NCBI GenBank assembly: GCA_958295675.1
Contig: OY282360.1
Span: 658,026 to 722,025 of the forward strand
Origin: Minisyncoccota bacterium
GTDB lineage: Bacteria; Patescibacteriota; Minisyncoccia; Phycocordibacterales; JABAAK01
Direction: 5' to 3'
Length of the DNA stretch: 64,000 nt
How positions within the stretch are numbered: the first letter of the stretch is position 1; every line of letters begins with the position of its first letter. The translations under genes were made by a program, and so were the position numbers. The notes beneath the pieces were generated by a model. That model saw only the letters and a program-made list of their open reading frames with translations, was not told the DNA's origin and searched no databases. Below, piece by piece: positions 1 to 9,200 of the stretch.

Positions 1-515
1 TGACAAGTTATATAATTTTGGTATACTGCATGCAGGAATGAGGGGGAAATGTTGACATGGGGTGTTGAAGTGATGGGTGATTAGGTGAATTGATGTCGCG
101 ACTGTTGTTTTGCCCTTCGGGGTGAGGCACGACTGTGGCTGACAGGATCCGAAAATCTAGATCTGACGCACTGCGTTGGGCGACACACGGTTTCGACCGT
201 GTGAGTGCCGTGCAAAAGCGAGCGAGGTGTAGGGTTAGCGTTTAGTTGATCCAAAACCCTGCGAAGCAATGTGCGGTGCGAGTGTTGCACGGAGTACGCG
301 GTCTGAAGCCGAAAGGCAGAATGATTGTGAACGATGTGTGATGCGCTTGCCTGAAGTCAAACTTGTGGACCTGTAAGGTCACTGTTGACCTAAAGGTCAA
401 CAATAAGATGAAAAACAACGAAAAATCCATAGATACAATATAACCCTCTTCCTACTTTCCAATTAATTTCCAAACAACACACTATCCACACCGCATAACG
501 CGGGTTTTTTTATTG
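1..515 (+). ncRNA. Candidate structured small RNA, copy 1. A promoter-like tgacaa..tatact sits at the window edge. A GC-rich body (about 70-420) is rich in short hairpins with UUCG/GAAA loops. It ends at an intrinsic terminator at 491-511. Identity unknown.
   Basis: The 5' 70 nt and 3' 110 nt are homologous to the unit at 672-955. The interior is GC-rich compared with its flanks and contains hairpins such as cacggtttcgaccgtg, gccgaaaggc and gttgacctaaaggtcaac. No ORF is present on either strand. Confidence 0.3.
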
Positions 516-565
516 CATACAGAACTTCCTGTTACACAAAACTAATAATTTGTCTTCAACAAATA
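440..565 (+). repeat. Direct repeat copy A. The 3' segment, terminator and a pseudo leuS 3' end are homologous to 830-955.
   Basis: About 90% identity by eye over roughly 110 nt. The core reads aatttccaaacaacacacta..ccgcataaCgcgggtttttttattgcata..agaacttcctgttacacaaaact. Confidence 0.7.
491..511 (+). terminator. Intrinsic terminator (short GC hairpin plus T7).
   Basis: ccgcataacgcgg followed by ttttttt. Confidence 0.5.
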
Positions 566-671
566 TTACAAAATTGAATATGGAGTAGATTACATATCAA
601 TGTGTCTCCTTTAGCAAAAACACAACCTACGAATTACTATTTCACAATATTTTCTATAAAAATACAATCAA

Positions 672-701
672 TTGACACGCAACACGCCTTTCAAGTATAC
701 T
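672..701 (+). promoter_or_regulatory. Sigma70-like promoter (TTGACA-18 bp-TATACT) for sRNA-like unit copy 2.
   Basis: ttgaca at 672-677 and tatact at 696-701. The downstream transcript would end at the terminator at 881-901. Confidence 0.45.
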
Positions 702-829
702 ACATGCAAGGAGAGAGAAGAGTACTAATGGAGGATGCTTGTTGTTGGTTGTAGCATGGGTGACCTAGCACTTCGGTGTTGAAGATCCTAAAACCGGCTT
801 TAGCAGGCATCAATAAACTAACGCGATAT

Positions 830-955
830 ATTCTTCCCTTTCCCCACTCCATTTTTTTAATTTCCAAACAACACACTACACCGCATAATGCGGGTTTTTT
901 TATTGCATATAGAACTTCCTGTTACACAAAACTGATAATTCTGTCCTCAACAAAC
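830..955 (+). repeat. Direct repeat copy B. It overlaps the true leuS 3' end.
   Basis: Same sequence as 440-565. The reverse complement of 922-955 encodes the leuS C-terminus ..FVEDRIISFV*. Confidence 0.7.
881..901 (+). terminator. Intrinsic terminator, a paralog of the one at 491-511.
   Basis: ccgcataatgcgg followed by ttttttt. Confidence 0.5.
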
Positions 956-3291
956 ACCTTAACAGCAAGTCCTTTGGTACGATTAGCGAGTGCTGTGTTC
1001 TCAGCAATGCTTCTCAGCACGATTTCCTGATTGCTGCCTCGAGATACTGTGACGGTGCCTCGTGTTTTACCCAACACTTGAACGGCAATAACCACAGTAT
1101 CCCGCTGTGCTGACTCTGCATTACCCTGAGGAAAATGTGAGAGATGCACGGATTCATTATGACCAAGATCGCGCCACAGCACTTCAGTGATGTACGGCGC
1201 GAACGGCGCAAGCATTTGAATAAGAGCGGTATAGGTTTCCTTCGGTACAGTATCGGCATCATACAACGCATTCGTAAGTATCATCAGCGACGAGACGGCG
1301 GTATTGAAACGGTACACGGCAATATCATCGGTAACTGAAAGTATGGTCTCATGCTGCAGCTGCAGCAAAGCGCGATCAGGCGCGCTATCCTGAACGCGGT
1401 CGCGAAGCGCATACACCCGCTCAAGAAACCGGCGCGGACCGGCAATTGCGCGACTGTCCCACGCGACGGTTTGTGAAAACGGCGCGATATGCGCGATATA
1501 TACGCGCAGCGCGTCAGCACCGATTGCATCAACGACAGCAACCGGATCAACAACATTACCGAGCCGCTTGCTCATCTTCCCGCCACCTTCCGCCTGCACG
1601 ATACCGACCGTTCTCAACGCGGCATACGGTTCAGCGGTGCTCACAACACCGATATCAAGCATCACTTTATGCCAAAAACGAGCGTAGATAAGGTGTCGAG
1701 CCGCGTGTTCCATGCCGCCGGTGTATATATCAACGGGCATCCACTGTTTTTCTTTTTCAGAATCAACCAACACGGTACTATTATGCGGATCAATATAGCG
1801 CAGATGGTACCATGACGATCCTGCCCACTGCGGCATAGTATTCGTCTCCCGCTTTCCTGCACCACCACACTGCGGACACGGTGCATTGACCCACTCCTCA
1901 ATGGCGGCAAGCGGTGATTCGGCAGTGCCGGTCGGTTCGTACGATGCCACATCGGGCAGAGTGACGGGCAAATCCTTGTCAGGCACCGGTACAACACCGC
2001 ACTTCCCACAGTGAATAAGCGGTATCGGCTCGCCCCAGTACCGCTGCCGGGAAAACACCCAATCCTGCAGACGATATACGGTTATTTTTTTACCGCCTGC
2101 CGCATTAGCCAGTAATGGTTTCGCCTGTTCGGACGGCGTACCGTCATACTCGCCGGAATGTATCAAAGGCGCATCAACAGGTGTATTAATAAGCGGAAGA
2201 TCGCCATCACCGGCAATCACCTGCGTAATAGAAAGGTTATAACGGACAGCAAACGCGAAATCTCTGGCATCGTGCGCCGGCGAACCGAAAACAGCACCGG
2301 TACCGTATCCACCGAGCACAAAATCAGCGATGAAGACAGGAATGTTCTTCTTGGTGAGCGGATGAACAGCGGAAATACCTTGCGCTAACACTCCTGTTTG
2401 CGCCTTATCCGTTTCAGCAGCTTTTGCTGTGTGTGCCCGTGTCCGGTACGCTTCAATCTCCTCCTTATTCTCCGCGTGCTTCAACAGCGTATCAACAAGC
2501 GTACTTTCCGGAGAAATCGCGATAAACGAACAACCGAATAAAGTATCGGGACGAGTTGTAAAGACATCAACGACACTGCCGACCGGTTCTATGGCGAACG
2601 GAATGGTGTACCCGTCACTTCTGCCAATCCAGTTCCGCTGTACTTCCTTTACGGAATCAGACCAGTCGTCCAATGTATCCAAATCATCCAACAGACGATC
2701 AGCATAGTCGGTGATACGCAGAACCCACTGCCGCATCGGTTTCCGCTCAACAGCGGATCCGCATCGTTCGCATGTCCCGGCATCTAAATCCTCATTGGCA
2801 AGACCGGTCTTGCATGACGGACACCAGTTTACCGGCATGTTTGACTCATACGCCAGTCCTTTTTTGAAAAGTTGTATAAAAATCCATTGTGTCCACTTAT
2901 AAAACGAAGGATCGGTGGTGTTGATTTCCCTATCCCAATCGTATGAAAGTCCGAGTCGGGAAATCTGATCTTTAAACACGGCAATATTCCGCGCGGTTGC
3001 CTCCTGAGGATGCTGTTTATTCTTTATAGCGTACTCCTCGGCAGGCAATCCGAATGCATCCCATCCCATAGGATGCAGCACTTGGTACCCGCGCATCCGC
3101 ATCATGCGGGCATATATATCGGCACCAATATATACCCGAGCGTGACCGACATGCAATCCTGATCCGGACGGATACGGAAACATAACCAGCGCATAGCACT
3201 TCTTCTTCCCGGAATCTTCATCCGTCCGATAGATGCTGTTCTGCTCCCATGTTCGCCGCCACTCCTCCTCTATAGCGCGATGATCATACAT
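922..3291 (-). CDS. leuS: Leucyl-tRNA synthetase
   Basis: 789 aa. Class I HIGH-like motif (PYPSGSGLHVGH) and KMSKRLGN. Typical LeuRS editing and anticodon-binding regions. Confidence 0.95.
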   Translation of the reverse strand: MYDHRAIEEEWRRTWEQNSIYRTDEDSGKKKCYALVMFPYPSGSGLHVGHARVYIGADIYARMMRMRGYQVLHPMGWDAFGLPAEEYAIKNKQHPQEATARNIAVFKDQISRLGLSYDWDREINTTDPSFYKWTQWIFIQLFKKGLAYESNMPVNWCPSCKTGLANEDLDAGTCERCGSAVERKPMRQWVLRITDYADRLLDDLDTLDDWSDSVKEVQRNWIGRSDGYTIPFAIEPVGSVVDVFTTRPDTLFGCSFIAISPESTLVDTLLKHAENKEEIEAYRTRAHTAKAAETDKAQTGVLAQGISAVHPLTKKNIPVFIADFVLGGYGTGAVFGSPAHDARDFAFAVRYNLSITQVIAGDGDLPLINTPVDAPLIHSGEYDGTPSEQAKPLLANAAGGKKITVYRLQDWVFSRQRYWGEPIPLIHCGKCGVVPVPDKDLPVTLPDVASYEPTGTAESPLAAIEEWVNAPCPQCGGAGKRETNTMPQWAGSSWYHLRYIDPHNSTVLVDSEKEKQWMPVDIYTGGMEHAARHLIYARFWHKVMLDIGVVSTAEPYAALRTVGIVQAEGGGKMSKRLGNVVDPVAVVDAIGADALRVYIAHIAPFSQTVAWDSRAIAGPRRFLERVYALRDRVQDSAPDRALLQLQHETILSVTDDIAVYRFNTAVSSLMILTNALYDADTVPKETYTALIQMLAPFAPYITEVLWRDLGHNESVHLSHFPQGNAESAQRDTVVIAVQVLGKTRGTVTVSRGSNQEIVLRSIAENTALANRTKGLAVKVFVEDRIISFV

Positions 3292-3381
3292 ATCGCCAGT
3301 GTAGCACAGGACAAAAACACACTATAAAACAAAACACCCCGCGGGAAAACCCGAAGGGTGCTTTGCACAAAAGAGGGCGCG

Positions 3382-4062
3382 CTACCCTCGCTCAACATCA
3401 TTCTTTATACGATTCAGAAAGTCAGACGCTGCCTGCTGTCCGCCGAGCCCGAAAGCGAGTCCGAGCGCGAGAGAAATAGCGGCGATAAGACCGACAATCA
3501 TGCTCTGAATGATTTCGCTCGCAATGCCGAGTTCGCCGAGAGCGACAAGGACTGACAGAACGACAATTGCCCACTTAGTGATTTTAGCGGCAAGTCCGCC
3601 CTCAACCTTCGCGGCACGACTGGTGCCGGCAACAAGGTTGGAGAAAAAACTGGCGGTAACAAGACCTATAACCACAATCAATGCGGCAGAAGCTACATTC
3701 GGAATATAGGTGAGTACTTGATCAATAAAGAATTGATTGACTGCTTGAAGTCCGAGAACATCAAGAGCGGCGACGAGGAACACGAAGACAATAAATACTC
3801 TGAAGACAAGTCCGAAAAACTTGCCGATGTCAACACGAACACCCGCGCGCTTTGTGACCTCTTCCAATCCGACACTCTTGAGCGCTTCGTCAAAGAACGG
3901 CAATGCCCGAAATACCGACCGCAGCAGCCGATCAACCAGCCATCCGACAATCCAACCGACAAGAATGATAGCGAGTGCGATGACCAATTGCGGTACCACC
4001 TGTACCGGCAGTTCAAGCAAGTTTTGCGCGTTCTGCGAAAGTGAATCTACAGTTATTAACAT
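3382..4062 (-). CDS. Small membrane protein with duplicated conserved-TM-helix repeats (MscS-related TM_helix family)
   Basis: 226 aa with two similar hydrophobic repeats (..LVIALAIILVGWIVGWLVDRLL.. and ..IVVLSVLVALGELGIASEIIQ..). Confidence 0.5.
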   Translation of the reverse strand: MLITVDSLSQNAQNLLELPVQVVPQLVIALAIILVGWIVGWLVDRLLRSVFRALPFFDEALKSVGLEEVTKRAGVRVDIGKFFGLVFRVFIVFVFLVAALDVLGLQAVNQFFIDQVLTYIPNVASAALIVVIGLVTASFFSNLVAGTSRAAKVEGGLAAKITKWAIVVLSVLVALGELGIASEIIQSMIVGLIAAISLALGLAFGLGGQQAASDFLNRIKNDVERG

Positions 4063-4171
4063 ATATAATTATCACAGATCTGTATTAATTATGTAGAGAA
4101 CTGAGTAGTTCGCTACATAGGCAGTATACCCCGCCAATCTGCCTGCAAAGCGCGGACAGTGGATAGGAAAA

Positions 4172-4810
4172 TCACCTGAAAATACCGATTTTATCAATAT
4201 GAACGCGATGCTGACCGTCCAGTACGGCGCGTATAAAACGATCATTGGTCTGTATGCGGTGTATAAGATCATTGACAGTCAGAAACGCGCAGCGCAGTTC
4301 CCTGCCGACTTCCTGCTCCGTCTCCTGTATGAGAGATCTTAAAATGGCATCATTCTTCTGAGAAGAAGCGACCACGACATCGACCTCCCGTTCCGGATTG
4401 TCAACAAATATATCAACAGTGATGACGCATTGCACGCCGGGAGCGCGGGAGAGTTTTTTTGCCACAATATCCCGTTCAGTCGGTATGGAATCCCTGATAA
4501 TTTTCTCAAGGAATTCCTGATGCGCATACCGCTTGTTGAAACCGAATCCGACGGTCTCCCGTATACCCTCATTCTTTCGCCGCGCTTGCGGAATCTTTTT
4601 CTTTTTGATAATACCGTCCTGATCAAGCCATTTCAAAGTTTCTCGAACAGCCGGTTCCCGTTTACGGAATACTTTCATAAATTCCTTCACGGTGTACACG
4701 GTCTCAGGATTGAGCACAAACACCCTGAGCATTTTTACACGCAGTGCATCACCGACAATGCTCTCTAATGGATCATTCATTTTTGCCATATATTCTATGG
4801 TAGCACACAC
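4172..4810 (-). CDS. Hypothetical protein (start probably MAKMNDPL at about 4787)
   Basis: Long ORF immediately downstream of rplL. No recognisable motifs. Confidence 0.4.
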   Translation of the reverse strand: MCATIEYMAKMNDPLESIVGDALRVKMLRVFVLNPETVYTVKEFMKVFRKREPAVRETLKWLDQDGIIKKKKIPQARRKNEGIRETVGFGFNKRYAHQEFLEKIIRDSIPTERDIVAKKLSRAPGVQCVITVDIFVDNPEREVDVVVASSQKNDAILRSLIQETEQEVGRELRCAFLTVNDLIHRIQTNDRFIRAVLDGQHRVHIDKIGIFR

Positions 4811-4864
4811 GAAAAAACGCGCCTGAAAAGCGCGTCCTTCCTCTGTGAAACGAATACTAATCCG

Positions 4865-5443
4865 TTATCCGACACTAACTTTCGCGCCGGCTTCCTCAAG
4901 GTTTTTCTTCAGTTCTTCCGCTTCGTCAGCAGGAATACCTTCCTTAATCGCTTTCGGAGCGGCATCAACAATATCTTTCGCCTCTTTCAAACCGAGCCCG
5001 AGCACATCTTTCACAATCTTGATGACCTGTATCTTGCCGGAACCTGCTTCCTCAAGGGTAACAGTCACCAAACCGCCTCCTTCGTCATCGTCACCGTCCG
5101 CTGCTGCGGGTGCTGCGGCAACTGCTGCTGCGGATACACCGAATTTCTTTTCAAACACCTTCACCAGTTCATGCAGGTCAAGCACACTCATCTGTTCTAT
5201 CTCACTGACAATCTTTTTGAACTTTTCAGGCACCTCAACTTCCCCGCCTTCCGGTTCTTCAGATGTATCCTGCGATTTCTCCTCGGCAGCAGGTGCCGGC
5301 TTGGATTCTCCGCCTGTATTAGCAGCGGCATCTCCGGTGTTCTTTACCGTGGATGCATCATCACCAGATGCCGGCATGCCGGTGTCAGCCGCCTTCGCCG
5401 CGCTGTTCGCGGTATCGTTATTATTTTTCTCTTCTTCAGCCAT
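4865..5443 (-). CDS. rplL: Ribosomal protein L7/L12 with an about 70 aa acidic low-complexity N-terminal extension
   Basis: C-terminal [56 protein letters not shown]-terminal-domain-like [25 protein letters not shown] is preceded by an E/D/A/T-rich tail. Confidence 0.9.
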   Translation of the reverse strand: MAEEEKNNNDTANSAAKAADTGMPASGDDASTVKNTGDAAANTGGESKPAPAAEEKSQDTSEEPEGGEVEVPEKFKKIVSEIEQMSVLDLHELVKVFEKKFGVSAAAVAAAPAAADGDDDEGGGLVTVTLEEAGSGKIQVIKIVKDVLGLGLKEAKDIVDAAPKAIKEGIPADEAEELKKNLEEAGAKVSVG

Positions 5444-5478
5444 AGTTTAGTTCGTATATAGGTTAGTAATATAAAAAA

Positions 5479-5967
5479 TTACGCTTTCTTGTCGGCAATC
5501 TGACCGAGCGCGGAGACATATCCTTGCACCGGACCGCGGATAACCGTGAGAAACTGCGCGTACAGTGTTTTCACGGGCGGTATGTCCGCGACGGACTGCA
5601 TCTTCTCAGGTCCGACAAACGCATTCTCAAACACGCCGCCGACAATACTGATCCGTCCATCCAGTTTTTTTCCCTGTTCGCCCATAACGCGCGCAGGAGC
5701 GAGCATGTCGGATCCGTACGCAACGGCAATTTCACCCTCCATGTCGGACAGCGATCCGCCAAACGACGCACCGTCAAACACCCGCTTGATTAGGGTTTTT
5801 TTGGCGACCATATAGCCGACATCCTCACTGTCGCAGGCACTGCGCAGCGCATTCACCTCCTCGGATGTTACACCGTTAAAGCGTACAAACACGACAGTTC
5901 GCGCTGACTTGATGATGTCACGCAACGCGCTGACGATGGTTTCTTTCTTGGTTCGTGATATTGCCAT
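5479..5967 (-). CDS. rplJ: Ribosomal protein L10
   Basis: MAISRTKKETIVSALRDII..VVFVRFNGVTSEEVNALR. Operon with rplL. Confidence 0.85.
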   Translation of the reverse strand: MAISRTKKETIVSALRDIIKSARTVVFVRFNGVTSEEVNALRSACDSEDVGYMVAKKTLIKRVFDGASFGGSLSDMEGEIAVAYGSDMLAPARVMGEQGKKLDGRISIVGGVFENAFVGPEKMQSVADIPPVKTLYAQFLTVIRGPVQGYVSALGQIADKKA

Positions 5968-5973
5968 ACACAA

Positions 5974-6150
5974 TCAGGCCCGTCCCTTTCAAGGAGTGTG
6001 TGACCTCGGCAGGTTTTACTCCGTAAATCGGAAACCTGCTGTCTTCGGACCTTGTCTGTACGATAGCACGGCGTGAAATACACTGCAAGCATAAACAACA
6101 TATCATGGGTATATGTCAACCATCCTCGGCACCTACAATCTCCAACCCAA
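5974..6150 (-). promoter_or_regulatory. Putative rplJ (L10) leader / autoregulatory 5' UTR
   Basis: Structured untranslated region of about 180 nt between a terminator and the rplJ start, in the conserved L10-leader position. Confidence 0.3.
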
Positions 6151-6164
6151 AGGTAACAGAAACA

Positions 6165-6193
6165 CCAAAAACACCCCCGAGGGGGTGTTTTTG
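6165..6193. terminator. Bidirectional intrinsic terminator (A-run / 8 bp GC stem / T-run)
   Basis: aaaaacaccccc ga gggggtgttttt. Confidence 0.7.
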
Positions 6194-6264
6194 GTTCTGT
6201 GTGTGTTCAGCACGCGTGTAATCAAGACTATATTAGACGCAAGCGTACCTCCACTACGACTTAG

Positions 6265-9200
6265 TTATTCTTCGAATGTCCAATCACTAACATCTTCAGC
6301 ATCAAAGATAGACCAACCAGAGAACCAATCGGTGTTGTTGCTGTTCGCCATACCATCCTCATCTAACGAATTCGGCGACCAAACAAAGTTATGAGCGGTC
6401 TTTGCTGCTCCTATTTCCAAGCCAACTTGCTTATCAGCATCAGGCTTGTTGTCGGCAACCAAGTCAATCGTGATGGATGCATCATCAGGAACACCGCCAA
6501 CATTAGCAGTAACTAAGAATTTTACAGGTCTGCCGTCGTCATCAATGGTCTGAATCTTGTTATCAGCAAACGAAAATTTCAGATTATCGCCGCTCAAAGT
6601 ACCGGTTGCAATAGAATCTACACCTGTTGAACCACGACGGAGGTTGAAGTCGCTGAGAATGGATGTATTCCCAGTCACTGAGAGAGTAACTTGACCAAGA
6701 TACACTTCACCTGCGTCATCCGGTACAGTAACCTCAAACTCGTAGAGTTTTTGATTATTACCTCGCTTGTATCTGTTATCGTCTCCATTACCGCTTGCGG
6801 ACACAGTCGGCACCGATGGGAATGCAACCGCAGAGGTTACATTGCCTGAAGGAATGGTGTGTGCGGTTACAGTTTCGGTATCACTCTCACTACCTTCCCA
6901 AACAACCACTAACTTAGCGGCCTGCAGGTACTGACCTGCCTTACCACTATTCTGACTATCACGAATGCCATGTAGATCAAGCTCAATAGTCGCGTTAACA
7001 TCACCATCGGCAACCCTAACGGTCTCGTTCACATTCTCAAATGCAAGTGCATTTTCTACATTTACCGTACCAGCACCTGGATCCACATCAGTCAAAGTAC
7101 CCACAAAGTCACCGCCATCGGCATTGGTTGTCTCGCCATCAATAGTCAAAGTAGCACTCTGTAGCAGTCGCTCAATAGCACTCCGATTCACCGGCGTAGG
7201 ACCTGCGGGAAGTGTCAAACCGGAAAGGTAGACATCCTGAATAACGGCATCTTCCTGTTCTGCTTCAAACTTAATTTTAAGGATATCAACACCGTCCACA
7301 CCTCTTTCGCCGACAGCAACAGCAGTCAGTGTTTCGTCAGGGTCTCTAGATACAACAGAGAGTGTTCCCATACCAGACACTGCGATGATGTCGGAAGCAT
7401 CACCTGACTCCAAATCGTACTCAAAGTCATCCCGTCCAATTTCGTACTCAATACGATCCTTGTCAGATGCACGCACTTCGGTCTTCAATTGGAACTTGTG
7501 TCCGTTCTTCGCATTATCGTCAATACTGCAGACAATCTGCAGATAAGACTCTTCACCAGAATCAACGGTGTAATCGTCAAATCTGAACCGAATCTGATCA
7601 TCTTCAGGTGCATCTGCATCACCACCAGTACCACCTACTTCATCGTCATCACCCAAATCAGCCATACCGGTCAAGCTGCTGCGTGAATCGGCAACCTTAT
7701 CATCTCCGTCGTAGACTGCACAGTCATTCAAATCATCAAGGTTTGCTGGATTATCGTTACTGGATCCGTCTACCGCTTCTCCGCCTGATGCTTCAAAGGT
7801 GAGGTACGCACTGGTAATCTCAACATCGTCAACTGCATCATCTGCATCAATTTCCAGTGTACCGAAGACAACATCATCAGCACCGCCAACGAAAGAATCA
7901 TCATCAACATCGCGATCAGAAATCCTGAAGTTAACGACATTACCCTTGATATCTACCTGCTCAAACGCGCGGTTGCTGGCGAAATACTCGCCGGTACCGG
8001 CGTAGTCCTTCTCGGACCGCACACCCTCCGCACTATCAACATCAGTCAGGGTGAACTGCAGATCCGCGCCGTCAAACTGACTCCATGCTTCGTCAAGATC
8101 CGCGACTACTTCAAACACAACTTCGCGTTCGCCACGAACATCAACGGTAAAGGTGTCGGAGAAATCAACAGTTTCGGTGATGGCATTGCTGGAACTAGGT
8201 TTACTGAACTCAACATCATCATCCGCGAATGCTACCTTCTCGCCGTCAACGCGCAGATGCAAACCTCGCAGAACAACCTCATCCTCATCAGCGTCTTTCC
8301 AGTCGTTATCATTTCCAGTATTATACCTGAACCCACTCAACTCAACATCAAAAGTAAGGTCTTCCATCTCAACATCCTCACCTTCAAATTCAACCTCAAG
8401 TGCGCCAAGCACGCGGTCATCACCGTAGACAACCTCATCTTCAAAGCCGCGAATTCTGCCACCGGAACTTACTTCACCCGGCTGAATAGTCGCCACTTCA
8501 CCTTCAACATTGCTGTTGCCTTCTATCTGTCTTTCGTTACTACCGAGAGAAACAGGAAGGCCATATCCGTAGTCCTTACCGACAACATACACATCAACTA
8601 CATCATCAAGGTAAAACCTGATGGTTTCGTCGGTACCCCTGTCGGTGTTCATCTCAACCGATACCGTGATACTGTCGCTCTCTTCAATCAGCGCGCCGCG
8701 ACCGCCAAAGGTGATGACATATCGGTCACCGTCAACGGTTACATCGTGATCAACTTCGTCGTCGTCAACATACACCGTCACATCACCAATCTCATCCTCA
8801 TCCGCGGAACCGTTCTGATCAAGTGTCAGAGAACGAAGATATGCGTCTTCTTCGTCAGCACCTGATCCGCCGAGACTGATACGCACGGAAGCGACTTCAG
8901 TATCCTCGTCAAGATGCACTTCCGATTCAACGCTTTTAACACGCACACTCGCTGTCTGCAGTTGCACACTGCTTGACATCACATGCGCCGCGCCGCGAAC
9001 CGGGAATTGACCCTGCACTGCCGCGTCAGCGATAACCTCGGATACTTCAAGACCCGCGATAGCACCGGAATCAAGGTCGCTTGACTCGTTAGTAATATTA
9101 CCGACAACAACAAGAGTGATAGACCGATTTCTCGGAATAACAAAGTTGCCCCCGAGTGTCGCTTCGTCACGACTGTTGAGAGATCGGGAACTGCCGATCT

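Noticed and set aside
60-420. Tested the GC-rich structured segment as RNase P RNA, SRP RNA, 6S, tmRNA or a T-box leader
   Set aside because: The diagnostic motifs are absent on either strand: GGAAAGUCCGG / AGGGUGAAA for RNase P, GGAAGCAGCCAAGGCAGA for SRP, the tRNA-like 3' CCA end for tmRNA, and the AGGGUGG T-box. The real tmRNA is at 45296-45651. It is left as an unassigned element.
922-3291. Multiple 60-125 aa ORFs nested inside leuS, ileS, the 1232 aa surface protein, the helicase and others
   Set aside because: They are shadow ORFs on the opposite strand or alternate frames of well-supported long genes.
3292-3381. Possible T-box/attenuator upstream of leuS, and similarly upstream of ileS (23523-23600)
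   Set aside because: The intergenic regions are too short, and no T-box specifier or antiterminator consensus was visible. Only a short palindrome (cccgcggg) is present.
4845-5450. 201 aa plus-strand ORF rich in Ser/Ala/Pro
   Set aside because: It is antisense to rplL, a compositional mirror of the acidic L7/L12 N-terminal extension.
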